This document shows positions 21,944-32,838 of a DNA stretch of 64,000 nucleotides, piece by piece. The notes under the pieces are model-generated. The model saw only the letters and a list, made by a program, of their open reading frames with translations, was not told where the DNA came from and ran no database searches. The position numbers and the translations under genes are program-made. Within the stretch, counting starts at the first letter, position 1; every line of letters starts with the position of its first letter. Source of the stretch: an uncultured Acidobacteriota bacterium (GTDB taxonomy: Bacteria; Acidobacteriota; Vicinamibacteria; Vicinamibacterales; CAVVIG01); the NCBI GenBank assembly GCA_963711505.1, contig CAVQEJ010000004.1, positions 87,442 to 151,441 on the forward strand. The letters run 5' to 3'.

Positions 21944-23457
21944 GCGCGGGCCGATTCCGCGCGCGCGATCTGGCCGCGCTGGCTGCCCTGACCTTCGGCG
22001 CCATTCTGGTCCACGGGTACCACCCGGCGGTCGAAGACGCCGAGATCTACCTGCCCGGCATCCTGAAGCGCCTGCATCCCGAGCTCTTCCCGCGCAACAC
22101 CGTCTTCTTCGAGTCGCACGCGCACATGACGATCTTCCCGGAGCTGGTGGCCGGCTCGATCCGGCTGCCGGGGCTGCCGGTGGGCGCGGCGCTGCTGCTG
22201 TGGCACGTCGCGTCGATCTTCCTGCTGCTGCTGGCCTGCTGGCGCATCGGCCGCCTGTGCTTCCGGTCCGAGCGGGCCGTGTGGGGCGGGGTCGTGCTCG
22301 TCGGCAGCCTGCTGACGCTGCCGATCGCGGGCACCGACCTGTACATCATGGACCAGTACCTCACGCCCCGATCGATCTCGACGCCGATCGGGCTGCTGGC
22401 GGCGGGCGAAGCGCTGGCGGGGCGGCCATGGCGCGCGGTGGTGCTGCTCGCCGTCATCGCCCCGATCCATCCATTGATGTCGGTGTTCGCCGGCGCCCTG
22501 GTGGCCGCCATCGTCTGGGCCCGCTGGCGCGCCACCGTCCCGCAGCCGCCGGCGGCCGGGCCGGCCGCGGCCTTCGGCCTGCTGGCGCTCTTCCCGCCGG
22601 TGACGGCCGCCTACCGCCGGGTGCTGGCCACGCGCCCGGCGTTCCTGCTGACCCGGTGGGCGTGGTACGAATGGCTGGGCATCATCGGTCCGTTCGTCAT
22701 CGTCGCCGGCCTCGCGCGGCTGGCGCGGCGACGGGGGCTGACGAATCTCGAGACGCTGTGCCGGGCGGTGATCCTCTTCGAAGGCGCGTTCTTCGCCATG
22801 GCGCTCGTCGTCTCGATGCCCGGACCGTTCGAGCGGTTCGCCGAGATCCAGCCGATGCGCAGCCTGCAGCTCGTCTTCATCCTGATGCTGCTCGTGCTCG
22901 GCGGCCTGGCGGCGGAGTTCCTGCTGCGCGGCAGCGCCTGGCGCGGCGCGCTGCTGGTCGTGCCCCTGTGCGCGCTGACAGCATTGTGCGGCGGCATGTG
23001 GTACGCGCAGCGCCAGCTGTTCCCGGCCACGCGGCACCTCGAGCTGCCGGGACTCGCGCCGCAGAACCACTGGGTGCAGACCTTCGACTGGATCCGCGAC
23101 CACACGCCCGTCGACGCGTACTTCGCGCTCAACCCGCGGTTCATGGCGCTGCCGGGCGAGGATCACCACGGATTCCGTGCGATCGCCTGGCGGAGCCGGA
23201 TGGCCGATGACGTGAAGGACAGCGGCGTCGCCAGCATGTTCCCGCAGGTCTCGGAGGAGTGGGCCGCGCAGGTCGATGCCCTGAAGGGCTGGGACGGCTT
23301 CACGCGCGAGGATTTCCTGCGCCTGCACCAGCGCTATGGCGTCGACTGGGTGGTGACCCGGCACCCGGTGCCCGGACTGACGTGCCCGTACGAGAACGGC
23401 GACCTGTCGGTCTGCCGGATCGAAGAGCCGGCCGGACGGTTTCAGAACCCGGGTTAA
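21940..23457 (+). CDS. Polytopic membrane protein, possible GT-C-type glycosyltransferase
   Basis: Many TM segments, N-terminal ED.EIYLP loop; ATGA overlap with the GT2 gene. Confidence 0.65.
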   Translation: MSAGRFRARDLAALAALTFGAILVHGYHPAVEDAEIYLPGILKRLHPELFPRNTVFFESHAHMTIFPELVAGSIRLPGLPVGAALLLWHVASIFLLLLACWRIGRLCFRSERAVWGGVVLVGSLLTLPIAGTDLYIMDQYLTPRSISTPIGLLAAGEALAGRPWRAVVLLAVIAPIHPLMSVFAGALVAAIVWARWRATVPQPPAAGPAAAFGLLALFPPVTAAYRRVLATRPAFLLTRWAWYEWLGIIGPFVIVAGLARLARRRGLTNLETLCRAVILFEGAFFAMALVVSMPGPFERFAEIQPMRSLQLVFILMLLVLGGLAAEFLLRGSAWRGALLVVPLCALTALCGGMWYAQRQLFPATRHLELPGLAPQNHWVQTFDWIRDHTPVDAYFALNPRFMALPGEDHHGFRAIAWRSRMADDVKDSGVASMFPQVSEEWAAQVDALKGWDGFTREDFLRLHQRYGVDWVVTRHPVPGLTCPYENGDLSVCRIEEPAGRFQNPG

Positions 23458-23613
23458 ACCTGATAACCTTCGCGGGAGTCTAAGCTCGATGGCTCGGATC
23501 GTGCGCGTGAGCCGGGCGGCCAGGGCGCCGTGGGCCGGGCCTGGAACGGGAAAGCGGTAACACAACAGGCGGATGGTCGGCAGCCCCGACGCCGCGGGAG
23601 ACAGACAGCAGCC

Positions 23614-24039
23614 ATGTTGAAGCGAAAGACCTTTGCGGTGGCCACCGGGATCGCCGCGATCGCGGCGTTGTGCGGCACGCTCGCCTGCAGCAGTCCGACC
23701 TCGTCGAGCGGCGCGGTGACCGAGGTGTTCACGGGAACGCTGGGCCAAATGTCCACCACATCGCAGGCGTTCGTTCAGACGAAAGACGGGACCGTCACGC
23801 TGACGGTCACCAAGCTCGATCCGGACTCGAGCGCTGCGGTAGAAGTCGGCCTGGGGCAGGTGACGGTAACCTCGAGCACGACGGTCGGCTGCACGAATTC
23901 AGCCGGGCCGTTTTCGGCCACTGTGAATGCTCCCATCAGCTTCGGCGGCGTTGTCGCCGGTTCGTATTGCGCGTACATCCTGGATTTCGGGGCCTTCACG
24001 CAGGCCAACACCTTCTCGATGACCATCACGCATTCCTGA
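23614..24039 (+). CDS. Hypothetical lipoprotein
   Basis: MLKRKTFAVATGIAAIAALCGTLAC lipobox, Ser/Thr-rich beta-sandwich-like body. Confidence 0.7.
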   Translation: MLKRKTFAVATGIAAIAALCGTLACSSPTSSSGAVTEVFTGTLGQMSTTSQAFVQTKDGTVTLTVTKLDPDSSAAVEVGLGQVTVTSSTTVGCTNSAGPFSATVNAPISFGGVVAGSYCAYILDFGAFTQANTFSMTITHS

Positions 24040-24085
24040 TCGCCAGCCGCTTCCGCAGCAAGCCGTCTCCAGGGGCCGCCACCCG

Positions 24086-24131
24086 CCCTTCGACGATGCT
24101 CAGGGCGGGGCTGAGCGAAGTCGAAGCCCCG
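24086..24131. repeat. REP-like palindrome (CTTCGAC..GCTCAG / CTGAGC..GTCGAAG)
   Basis: CCCTTCGACGATGCTCAGGGCGGGGCTGAGCGAAGTCGAAG between convergent genes. Confidence 0.6.
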
Positions 24132-24163
24132 CCTGCGATCGCGAGCTCGGGCGGCCCCGACTG

Positions 24164-25136
24164 CTACTTCCCGAACGCCGCGTCCAGCACTTCGGCCAGC
24201 CGGACGGCGGCCGCCGTCAGCTGCTGCCCGACGACGGGCAGGCTCGCCCGCTCGTACGCGCGTCCGAGCCGCTCGTGCAGCGCGAGCAGTCGCCGGCTCG
24301 TGCCATAGGCCGAGCAGGCCTTCAACTCGAATCCTCCTCGAGATCGGCACCGTCACCGGCAGCGCACCGTACGCGACATCGCGCGCCAGCCCGTTCGCGC
24401 TGCGGCTCCACGACACCACGAGATCGACCGTCGGCACCCGGGGACGCACCGGCGTGGGGTGGTAGCGCGCGTACAGGTAGCCGGCCAGATCCTCCGGGGT
24501 GGCGAGGTGCCGCGTCTGCATCAGCGTGCGGATGAGGCCGCTGTCCCAGACGCTGTGCAGGTTCGGATGGAACGATCCGTGCCCGTTCGCCACCGGCGCC
24601 TGGTGCTCGTAGGTCACCGGCAGGCAGTTGCCGCCCTGATCCGCGTTGGTGATGTCGTGCAGCGGCTGGTGGATGTCGCCGACCAGATGGATGAGGAATC
24701 GCAGCGCGGTCGCGCGATCGTCGTCTTTGGCCGACATGAGCCGGCCGAACTGCGTCGTGATGGCGCCGACGATGCAGTCGCCGCCGGCGCAGTAGCGCTG
24801 GTAGTCGGCATGGCTGGCGTCGACGAAGAGCGGAAAGTCGATGAAGTGCCAGGGGGCGGTGGCGCGATCGACGTCGCGGTAGTCGTCGGCCCAGGTGGAG
24901 GCGTCGACGAACGGGTCGTCCGGCGTGCCCGGGCAGAAGCGCCGCAGCCCGGGATCGACCGGATGCGCCGCGAGCAGTGCCTTCGCCTGCGTCAGCGTGG
25001 CCGGGGCCATGAGCTGTTCGGCGAGCAGCGCGATGGTGCGATGACCCTCGCAGCCCCACGCCGCCGCCGGCCGGGGCGCGGCGGCGGAGAGCGCGACCGC
25101 GAGCAGGACGAGCGCGAGCCGTCGGGGCATCTTCAT
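24164..25136 (-). CDS. Secreted S1/P1 nuclease (indel near 24330)
   Basis: Signal peptide then WGCEGH, STWADD, WHFID, LIHLVGDIHQPLH, GGN, NLHSVWD. Confidence 0.92.
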
Positions 25137-26867
25137 GCGTGTTCTCCGGCGGCCGTGGCGTCGAACGTGTGGCCGCGGACGCGCCGCCAGGCGTCGGCGA
25201 CCGGGAGGCCGTACCGGCGGCAGACGGCATCGACGACCGCGCGGCAGCGATCGGCATCACCGGCGATGGCCGGCGAGACGAACACGTACGCCCGCCACAG
25301 CTCGCGATAGTACTGGTCCAGCACGTCCACGTCGGCCCGTTGCGCGAAGAGCGCCCGCTGCGCGCCGAGCGGCAGGATGCGGCCGGGCTCGATCTCGAGG
25401 CGCACGTCGATGTCGCGGCTCTGCATCTCGGGTGACGGGCAGTACACCAGCACGTCGCCGTCGTGGCCGCCCGCCGCCTCGGCCAGCGCGGCTTCCAGCT
25501 CCTGCCGGCCCGCCTGGGACGGCGCCTCCGCCGACCCACGCAGGTGCCCGGCGATGCCCTGCAGCCCCACCCGGCTCGCCGCCGCCAGCGCGACGTCAAT
25601 CGTCAGCAGCGTGCGCGGAATGGCCGTCCGCCTGAAGCGCAGCGCGGCGGCGAGCGCGTCGCGCACGGGACGGTCGGCCGCCGACGCCGGCTCGGCCTGC
25701 GCGAGACAGTCGACGAGCGATGCGTCGGAGAGGTGGGTCAGGTGCGGCGGGCGGGCGGTCCGGCCGGCCTGCGCCGGCATGGTCCATGGCGCCGGGTAGA
25801 TCGCGCCATCGTCGCGCGGGCGTCCGGCGGGCGCCGCCAGTTCCAGCAGCTTGACGAGCGTCGTGCTGAGCGCCGCCTTCTTGTGATGGTAGAAGACGCG
25901 CTCGGCCATCTCGTACCGCTCGCGCATGATGGCGAGGATGGCCGTGGCGACGTCGAGCCGCTGGCCGCCGGTGCGGCGGCAGGCGAGGATCGACAGCCGC
26001 AGCCCCTCGTCGGGATAGAGCGAGCCCGGCCGCACGGTGAAGTAGCGGTGCAGCCGCGTGTGCAGCCGCGGCTCCATGCCGAGGTTCATCCGGTCGCGCG
26101 GCAGGTAGTCGAGCAGGTCGGCGCTGATGGCCGTGCCGATCAGGTCGCTCATGAACGGATGGAACAGCCGCTCCTCCGCGAACGCGGCGTGCCACTGCGC
26201 GAGTTCGTCGAGGTGCGGCCGGCGGTCGGCGGCCGCTGCCGCGCGGGCGGCGGCGACGACGGCGGGGAAGCCGGCGCCCGACGCGACGTCCTCCTTCCAG
26301 TTGAGGACGACGTACACGCAGCCGGCCGAGATCGGCGTTGGACAGGGCCGGGAGCCAGGGCGGCACCGCGTCGCTGAACACGCGCGCGAGATCGCTCGCC
26401 TCGTCGAACAGCATGGCGTGCAGCCGCGGCGACGCGAGCCGATCGTGGCGGCGGTAGAGGCCGGCGAACTCGTCTTCGAGCGTGTGGCCGAACGGCACGT
26501 GCGCGAGGTCGTGCAGCAGTGCCGCCACGGCCGTCACCTCGGTGAGCCCCCGCCAGCGCGCCTCGTCGGTCGGTGCGGCGGTGCCGGCGAACCGGTCCGA
26601 CAGGACGCCGCCCGGATGCGGGAGGCCGAGCCGCTCGTGGTTGCGGGCCAGGCGGCGCAGCAGGGTGTGCGACAGGAAGTAGCTGCCGACGGCGTGCTCG
26701 AACCGCGTGTGGGTGGCGCCGCGATAGACGCGGTCGGCGAAGCCGAGCTGCCGCAGGCCGGCCAGCCGCTGGAACTCGGGCGTGTCGATCACCGCGACCG
26801 CCAGCGGGCCGAGCACCTTCGTGCCGTACAACTGGTCCTGATAGAGCTTGGCGCGCTCGGGTGACAT
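25133..26867 (-). CDS. HD-domain phosphohydrolase, dNTP triphosphohydrolase (SAMHD1/YdhJ-like); indel near 26320
   Basis: IDTPEFQRL..LRQLG....VY.GATHTRFEHA.G, ALLHDLAHVPFGHTLE, ADLLDYLPRD, R..M..RVFYHHKK. Confidence 0.88.
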
Positions 26868-26994
26868 GGGTCCTTTCAGTGTACGCGCAAAAGAGGGGAC
26901 GCCGCAGCGGTCGCGGTGACCGTGACGTGAGAGCGAGGGGCGGGAACCGGCCGCGCCGTGGCAGGCGCGGCCGGCCGGAAGCCTGGAGGCGGGA

Positions 26995-27099
26995 CTAGGA
27001 GAACAGGAGCCAGAGGCCGGTGAAGCCGACCATCAGGGACGTCAGGTATGTCAGCATGACGACGGCGCCGAAGAACTCGTCGGGATACAGTGCTTTCAT
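26995..27099 (-). CDS. Small single-TM protein (34 aa)
   Basis: MKALYPDEFFGAVVMLTYLTSLMVGFTGLWLLFS*, GGAGG RBS upstream; below the ORF-track cutoff. Confidence 0.6.
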   Translation of the reverse strand: MKALYPDEFFGAVVMLTYLTSLMVGFTGLWLLFS

Positions 27100-27375
27100 G
27101 AGTGCGGTTCCTCCGAACCACGCAACAGGTATGACTGCACTGTACGGGCCGAAGTTGAAAGCCGCGTCACAATCCGATTAAATCGGAGTAAAGGGTTCAG
27201 GAAGAGGGGGCGCCGCCGGCCGGGATTCCGGCAGCTGGTCGCCATAATTCCTCGTAATTCCCTTGTTTACCAGGATTTTACCCGTCCGGCGCGGTCCAGC
27301 GGCGATCATGACTGGCCACCGGATCCCGGCGGACCTCCGGCGGACCGGGCGGCGGCCGGCGACAGGAGACCTCAG

Positions 27376-29550
27376 GTGGCACTCATCGGAGACGAGGCAA
27401 GGCGGGCGCGGCGCCGCAAGGGGTCGAAGAAGGCGTCCGAGGCGCGGGTGCTGCAATTCGCGCCGGCCCCGCTGCCCCAGAAATCGGGGCTCGAGGATCC
27501 GGCGCTCTACATCAACCGGGAGCTCAGCTGGCTCGCCTTCAACGACCGCGTGCTGGCGCAGGCGCTCGACCCCGAGCACCCGCTGCTCGAGCGGGTGAAG
27601 TTCCTCGCCATTGCCGGGCTGAACCTCGACGAGTTCTTCATGGTGCGGGTGGCGACGCTGCTCCGGAAGTTCCGGGCCGGCCTCGAGGACGTCTCGCCCG
27701 ACGGCCTGAGCACCGAGCAGCAGCTGCGGCTCGTGCGCGAGCGGGCGGGCGCCATGCTCAACGATCAGGCGGCCTGCTGGACCGACACGCTGCGGCCGCG
27801 GCTGGCGCAGGAGGGGATCCACTTCCTCGAGCCGGCCGACTACCGGCCCGAGGTGGTCGACTACCTGGCGAAGTACTTCGCAGCGCAGATCTCGCCGGTG
27901 CTGACGCCGCTGGCCTTCGACCCCGGCCACCCGTTCCCCTATATCTCCAACCGCAGCAAGAACCTGGCGGTGGCGGTCCGCTACGGCGGACGGACGCGGT
28001 TCGCCCGCGTGAAGGTGCCCGACGTGCTGCCGCGGTTCGTTCCGCTGCCGCCGTCGCTGTCGAAGGGGCAGCTGACGTTCGTCTTCCTGGAGGACGTGAT
28101 CCGGCAGAACCTCGCGGCGTTGTTCCCCGGCGTGCAGGTCAAGGGGGCCTACCTGTTCCGCATCGTCCGTGACACGGACATGGTGATCCAGGAAGACGAG
28201 GCCGACGATCTGCTGGAGACGGTCGACCGCGGGCTGCGGCAGCTGCGCCACGGCGCGCTGTCGCTGCTGCAGGTCGAGGCGGGCATGCCGCGGCGCGTGC
28301 TGAACGTCCTGGTCGAGAACTTCGAGGTCGAGGAGGAAGTGGTCGTCCGGACGGCCGACCGGATGAGCTACAGCGACTGGATGGAGCTGATGGCGATCCA
28401 CCGGCCCGAGCTGAAGGACGTGCCGACCTCGCCGCGGTTCATCTGGCAGGCGGAGGGGGAGGAGATCTTCCAGCGCATCCGCCAGCGCGACCAGCTCGTG
28501 CACCATCCCTTCGATTCGTTCTCGGCGGTGGAGACGTTCCTGGAGTCGGCCGTCGACGATCCGCAGGTCATCGCGATCAAGATGACGCTGTACCGGATCG
28601 GGGCCGATTCGCCGCTGGTCGATCTGCTGATCCGCGCCGCGGAAGGCGGCAAGCAGGTGGCCGTGCTGGTCGAGCTGAAGGCGCGGTTCGACGAGCGGAA
28701 CAACATCCTGTGGGCGAACCGCCTGGAGAGCGCCGGCATCCACGTCGTCTACGGGCTGATGAACCTGAAGACCCACTGCAAGCTGTGCCTCGTCGTGCGC
28801 AAGGAATCGGGCGGCATCCGGCGGTACGCCCACCTGTCGACCGGCAACTACAATGCCGGCACGGCGCGCGTCTACACCGACGTCGGGCTGTTCACGGCGC
28901 GCGAGGCGATCGTGGACGACGTGACCGAGGTGTTCAACTACCTGACCGGCTATTCGAACAAGCGCGAGTACCAGGCGCTGCTGGTGGCCCCGGTGAATCT
29001 GCGGAAGAGCTTCGTGGAGCTCATCGAACGCGAGGCGGAGCACCGGCGGGCGGGACGGCCGGCCCGGATGATCTTCAAGATGAACGCGGTGACCGATCCC
29101 GGCATGATCCGCAGCCTGTTCAGCGCCTCGCAGGCCGGCGTGCCGATCGACCTGCTCGCCCGCGGCGTCTGCTGCCTGCGCCCCGGCGTGCCCGGGGTCA
29201 GCGAGACGATCACCGTCCGGTCGGTCGTCGGCCGCTTCCTGGAGCACTCGCGGATCTACTTCTTCGAGAACGGCGGGGAGCCGGAGGTCTACATCGGCAG
29301 CGCCGATCTCATGGAGCGCAACCTCGATCGGCGCGTCGAGACGCTCTGCCCGGTGAAGGATCCCGTGCTGCGCGACTACCTCCGGGGGGTCGTCCTCGAT
29401 GCCTACCTGCGCGACACCGATCGGACGAGCGTGCTCGGCACCGACGGCCGGTACCAGTGGGTGACGCCGGTCGAGGGCGAAGCGACGTTCAACGCGCAGC
29501 GCTACCTGCTCGAGTGGCACGCCGCGCAGGACGCGGTGGCGGAGCAATAG
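27376..29550 (+). CDS. ppk1: Polyphosphate kinase 1
   Basis: YINRELSWLAFNDRVL, NLDEFFMVRVA, HPFPYISN, HHPFDSF, KMTLYR, ELKARFDE, GRFLEHSR, SADLMERNLDRRVE. Confidence 0.97.
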   Translation: MALIGDEARRARRRKGSKKASEARVLQFAPAPLPQKSGLEDPALYINRELSWLAFNDRVLAQALDPEHPLLERVKFLAIAGLNLDEFFMVRVATLLRKFRAGLEDVSPDGLSTEQQLRLVRERAGAMLNDQAACWTDTLRPRLAQEGIHFLEPADYRPEVVDYLAKYFAAQISPVLTPLAFDPGHPFPYISNRSKNLAVAVRYGGRTRFARVKVPDVLPRFVPLPPSLSKGQLTFVFLEDVIRQNLAALFPGVQVKGAYLFRIVRDTDMVIQEDEADDLLETVDRGLRQLRHGALSLLQVEAGMPRRVLNVLVENFEVEEEVVVRTADRMSYSDWMELMAIHRPELKDVPTSPRFIWQAEGEEIFQRIRQRDQLVHHPFDSFSAVETFLESAVDDPQVIAIKMTLYRIGADSPLVDLLIRAAEGGKQVAVLVELKARFDERNNILWANRLESAGIHVVYGLMNLKTHCKLCLVVRKESGGIRRYAHLSTGNYNAGTARVYTDVGLFTAREAIVDDVTEVFNYLTGYSNKREYQALLVAPVNLRKSFVELIEREAEHRRAGRPARMIFKMNAVTDPGMIRSLFSASQAGVPIDLLARGVCCLRPGVPGVSETITVRSVVGRFLEHSRIYFFENGGEPEVYIGSADLMERNLDRRVETLCPVKDPVLRDYLRGVVLDAYLRDTDRTSVLGTDGRYQWVTPVEGEATFNAQRYLLEWHAAQDAVAEQ

Positions 29551-29558
29551 CGTCGGTT

Positions 29559-29630
29559 CGGGCTCCGGGCTTCGGTCTTCGGGCTCCGGGCTCCGGTCGG
29601 GACCTGTAGACCGGTAGCCTGTAGCCTGTA
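29559..29630. repeat. Heptamer tandem repeats after the ppk1 stop
   Basis: CGGGCTC/CGGGCTT units then GTAGCCT/GTAGACC units. Confidence 0.65.
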
Positions 29631-29723
29631 CGACAGCGAGCGACGCCCCCATCAGAAATCCCTCCTGTCCCGCCGTCGGCGGCGGTAGAATCCCACCTCA
29701 GCCATTCCAGGAGGAGAGTGCCC

Positions 29724-32166
29724 ATGCGATTCCACTTCCGTGCGGCCGCCGTGGTCAGCCTGTTGGTGGCGGGTTCGGGCGTCGGCCGGGCGCAGCAGGC
29801 GACCGCGCCCCGCTACCTGACGCCGCCGCAGGCCATCACCACCATCCTCGAGGCCCCGCCGCTGCCGGCGGCCGTCGTCAGTCCGTCGCATCGGACCCTC
29901 GCGCTCGTCGAGCGGGCGAGCATGCCCGACATCGCCCTGTTGGCGCGGCCGGTCCTGCGGCTGGCCGGCTGGCGCATCAATCCCGGGACGAACGGACCGC
30001 ACCGGCCGACCGGCATCCGGGGGATCGCCTTCCGCCCGGTCGCAGGCGGCGCCGAAGTGCACGCGGCCCTGCCGCCGGGAGAGCTGATTCCCATCGGGTT
30101 CAATGCGGACGGGTCCCGGTACGCCGTCGCCGTCACCGGCACGCATGGCATGGCGCTGTGGATGGTCAATCCGGCGACGGGCCGGGCGCACGCGGTGACC
30201 GACCGGGCGCTGAACGCGGCGCAGTCGGGCGGCTATCGCGGCGATCCGCCGTGCACGTGGGCCGGACCGGCGGAGCTGCTGTGCCGCTTCGTGGTGACCG
30301 ATCGCGGCGCCCCGCCGCAGGCGCCTGCCGTGCCGACCGGCCCGAACGTGCAGCAGAACCTCGGCAAGGTCGCGCCCGTCCGGACCTACGAGGACATGCT
30401 GGGCAGCCCGCACGACGAGGCGCTGTTCGCGTACTACTTCACGAGTCAGCTCGCCTGGGTGGAGGTCGCCGACGGGCAGGTGACGCCGCTCGGCACGCCG
30501 GGCCTTTTCGAGGATGCCGTGGCGTCGCCCGACGGCCGCGACGTGCTGGTGGCCCGCATCGAGCGGCCGTTCTCGTGGCTCGTGCCGTCAGAGGATTTCC
30601 CGAAGACCGTGGCCGTGTGGAACCGGCAGGGGGCGGTCGTCCGGAAGGTCGCCGACGTGCCGCTGGCCGACAGCGTGCCGATTGGCGGCGTCGTGACCGG
30701 CCCGCGCGACTGGCAGTGGAACCCGTCGGCGCCCGCGACGGTCGTCTGGGCCGAGGCGCTCGATGGCGGCGATCCGCACGCGACCGTGCCGTTCCGCGAT
30801 CGCGTGCTGTCGCTGCCGTCGCCCTTCACGGGGCAGGCGGCCGAGCTGATGAAGACGGTGCACCGGTTCCAGTCGATCGACTGGACCGACGCCGGCGTGG
30901 CACTCGTCACGGAAACCGACCGGCCGACGCGCAAGACGTGGACGTGGATTCTCGACGGACTCGGGCGCCGCGCCGCGCAAGTTGTGGGAGCGCCGGTCGG
31001 AGGATGCGTACAGCGATCCCGGCCGGCCGCTGCACCGCGCCGCGCCGCGCGACACGATCGTGCAGCACGGTGACGACATCTATCTCGCCGGCGCGGGCGC
31101 GTCGCCCGAGGGCGTCCATCCGTTCCTCGATCGCCTCGACCTGAAGACGCTCGCGACCGATCGGCTGTTCCGCACCGACAATCGGAGCTACGAGCCGGTC
31201 GTCGCCCTGTTGAGCGACGATGGGACGTCGGTGCTGACGCGGTACGAGACGCACGACGACGCGCCGAACTACGTCGTGCGGAACACGGCGGCCGGCACGC
31301 GGCGCGCGCTGACCGCCTTTCCCGATCCCGCGCCGCAGCTGCGGGGCGTGCAGAAGCAGCTCATCACCTACACGCGCGCCGACGGCGTGCAGCTGTCGGG
31401 CACGCTGTACCTCCCGGCCGGTTACCAGGCGGGGCAGCGGCTGCCGCTCATCCTCTGGGCCTACCCCCGCGAGTTCACCGATCCGCGCGACGCCGGACAG
31501 GTGACCACGTCGCCCAACCGCTTCATGATCGTGTCGGGCGCCAGTGCCGCCCACCTGCTCTTCGTCACCGAGGGCTACGCGGTGCTCGACAACCCGAGCA
31601 TGCCGATCGTCGGGCCGGGGGAGACGGCGAACGACACCTACGTCGAGCAGCTCGTCGCCAGTGCGAAGGCCGCCATCGACAAGGTGGTCGACATGGGCAT
31701 CGCCGATCGCGACCGGGTCGGCGTCGGCGGCCACAGCTACGGCGCCTTCATGACGGCGAACCTGCTCGCGCACTCGCGGCTGTTCCGCGCCGGCACGGCC
31801 GAGAGCGGCGCCTACAACCGGTCGCTCACGCCCTTCGGCTTCCAGAACGAGCGGCGGACGTTCTGGCAGGCCCCGCAGCTCTACGCCCGCATGTCGCCGT
31901 TCTGGCACGCGGATCAGGTGAAGGACGCCATCCTGCTGACGCACGGCGAGATGGACGACAACTCCGGCACGTTCCCGATCCAGTCGGAGCGGTTCTACAT
32001 GGCGCTGAAGGGGCACGGCGCGACCGTCCGCTACATCACCCTGCCGTACGAGGCGCACGGCTACCTGGGCCGTGAGTCGGTGCTGGACGTCGTCGCCGAG
32101 GAGCTGCACTGGTTCAATCACTATGTGAAGGATGCGGGGCCGCGGACGGAGACGGGGGGGAGGTAG
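29724..32166 (+). CDS. Secreted S9-family (prolyl oligopeptidase-like/glutamyl) peptidase; indel near 30960
   Basis: Signal peptide, beta-propeller region, WAYPREF, GGHSYGAFMTANL, HGEMDDNSGTFPIQSER, LPYEAHGY. Confidence 0.92.
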
Positions 32167-32264
32167 GGCTTCGGACTCCGGGCTACGGGCTTCGGGTGTT
32201 GCCCCGGACTCGGAGTCCGAATCCGCAGCCCGTAGCCCGCACCGGCCCGGAGCCCGGAGCCCGT
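32165..32264. repeat. Inverted heptamer tandem-repeat element
   Basis: CGGGCT(T/A/C) units on the left, (G/T/C)AGCCCG units on the right. Confidence 0.7.
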
Positions 32265-32462
32265 ACTTTCTTCCCTCCCCGGTAACTGCTGGCAGGTAGA
32301 GAGGACGGCGTCCACGGCGTGGGACGGGCCCACGCCGTGTCTCCGGGGCGCCGGAGGCGGATTTCCGGCCAGAAATCGATCGGCGCCGGGTGGCGGTCGG
32401 GCCGGCACGGCTTTTGGTTCTTCCCGTGACAGCACGGAGGAGCCATCCCGTGCCAGGAGACC

Positions 32463-32732
32463 ATGCTGACCAACCTGGAACCCGTTCCCGCGGCCGAGAC
32501 CACCCTCTCCGCCAGCCCGCGCCCGGGCGACGTCGTCGTGCAGAAGCTGACCGACTCCCCGTTCCTGTTCGGCCTGAACGTCTATCCCTGCGCACTGCAG
32601 CAGCCGTGCGGCCTCTACGAGCAGGCGGAGCGCCACGGGCAGGCGCTCGCGCGGCGGTTCGGCGTGGACGTGTGGCGCGAGGAAGACGGGTTGTTCGTGC
32701 GGCTGGGCAGTCACCGCGACGACGAGGACTGA
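32463..32732 (+). CDS. Hypothetical protein (89 aa)
   Basis: AGGAGA RBS, GC3-biased codons, sigma54-like CGGCACGGCTTTTGGT at 32403-32418. Confidence 0.6.
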   Translation: MLTNLEPVPAAETTLSASPRPGDVVVQKLTDSPFLFGLNVYPCALQQPCGLYEQAERHGQALARRFGVDVWREEDGLFVRLGSHRDDED

Positions 32733-32739
32733 CGCCGAC

Positions 32740-32826
32740 CGGGCTGCGGTCTACCGGCTACCGGCTGAGGAGCCTGGAACCGGCGGCACTCCGGCCCGCA
32801 GCCCGTAGCCCGTGGCCCGCAGCCGG
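32740..32826. repeat. Inverted heptamer tandem-repeat element between convergent genes
   Basis: CGGCTAC/GGGCTGC units versus CGCAGCC/CGTAGCC units. Confidence 0.65.
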
Positions 32827-32838
32827 CACATTTCGCCC

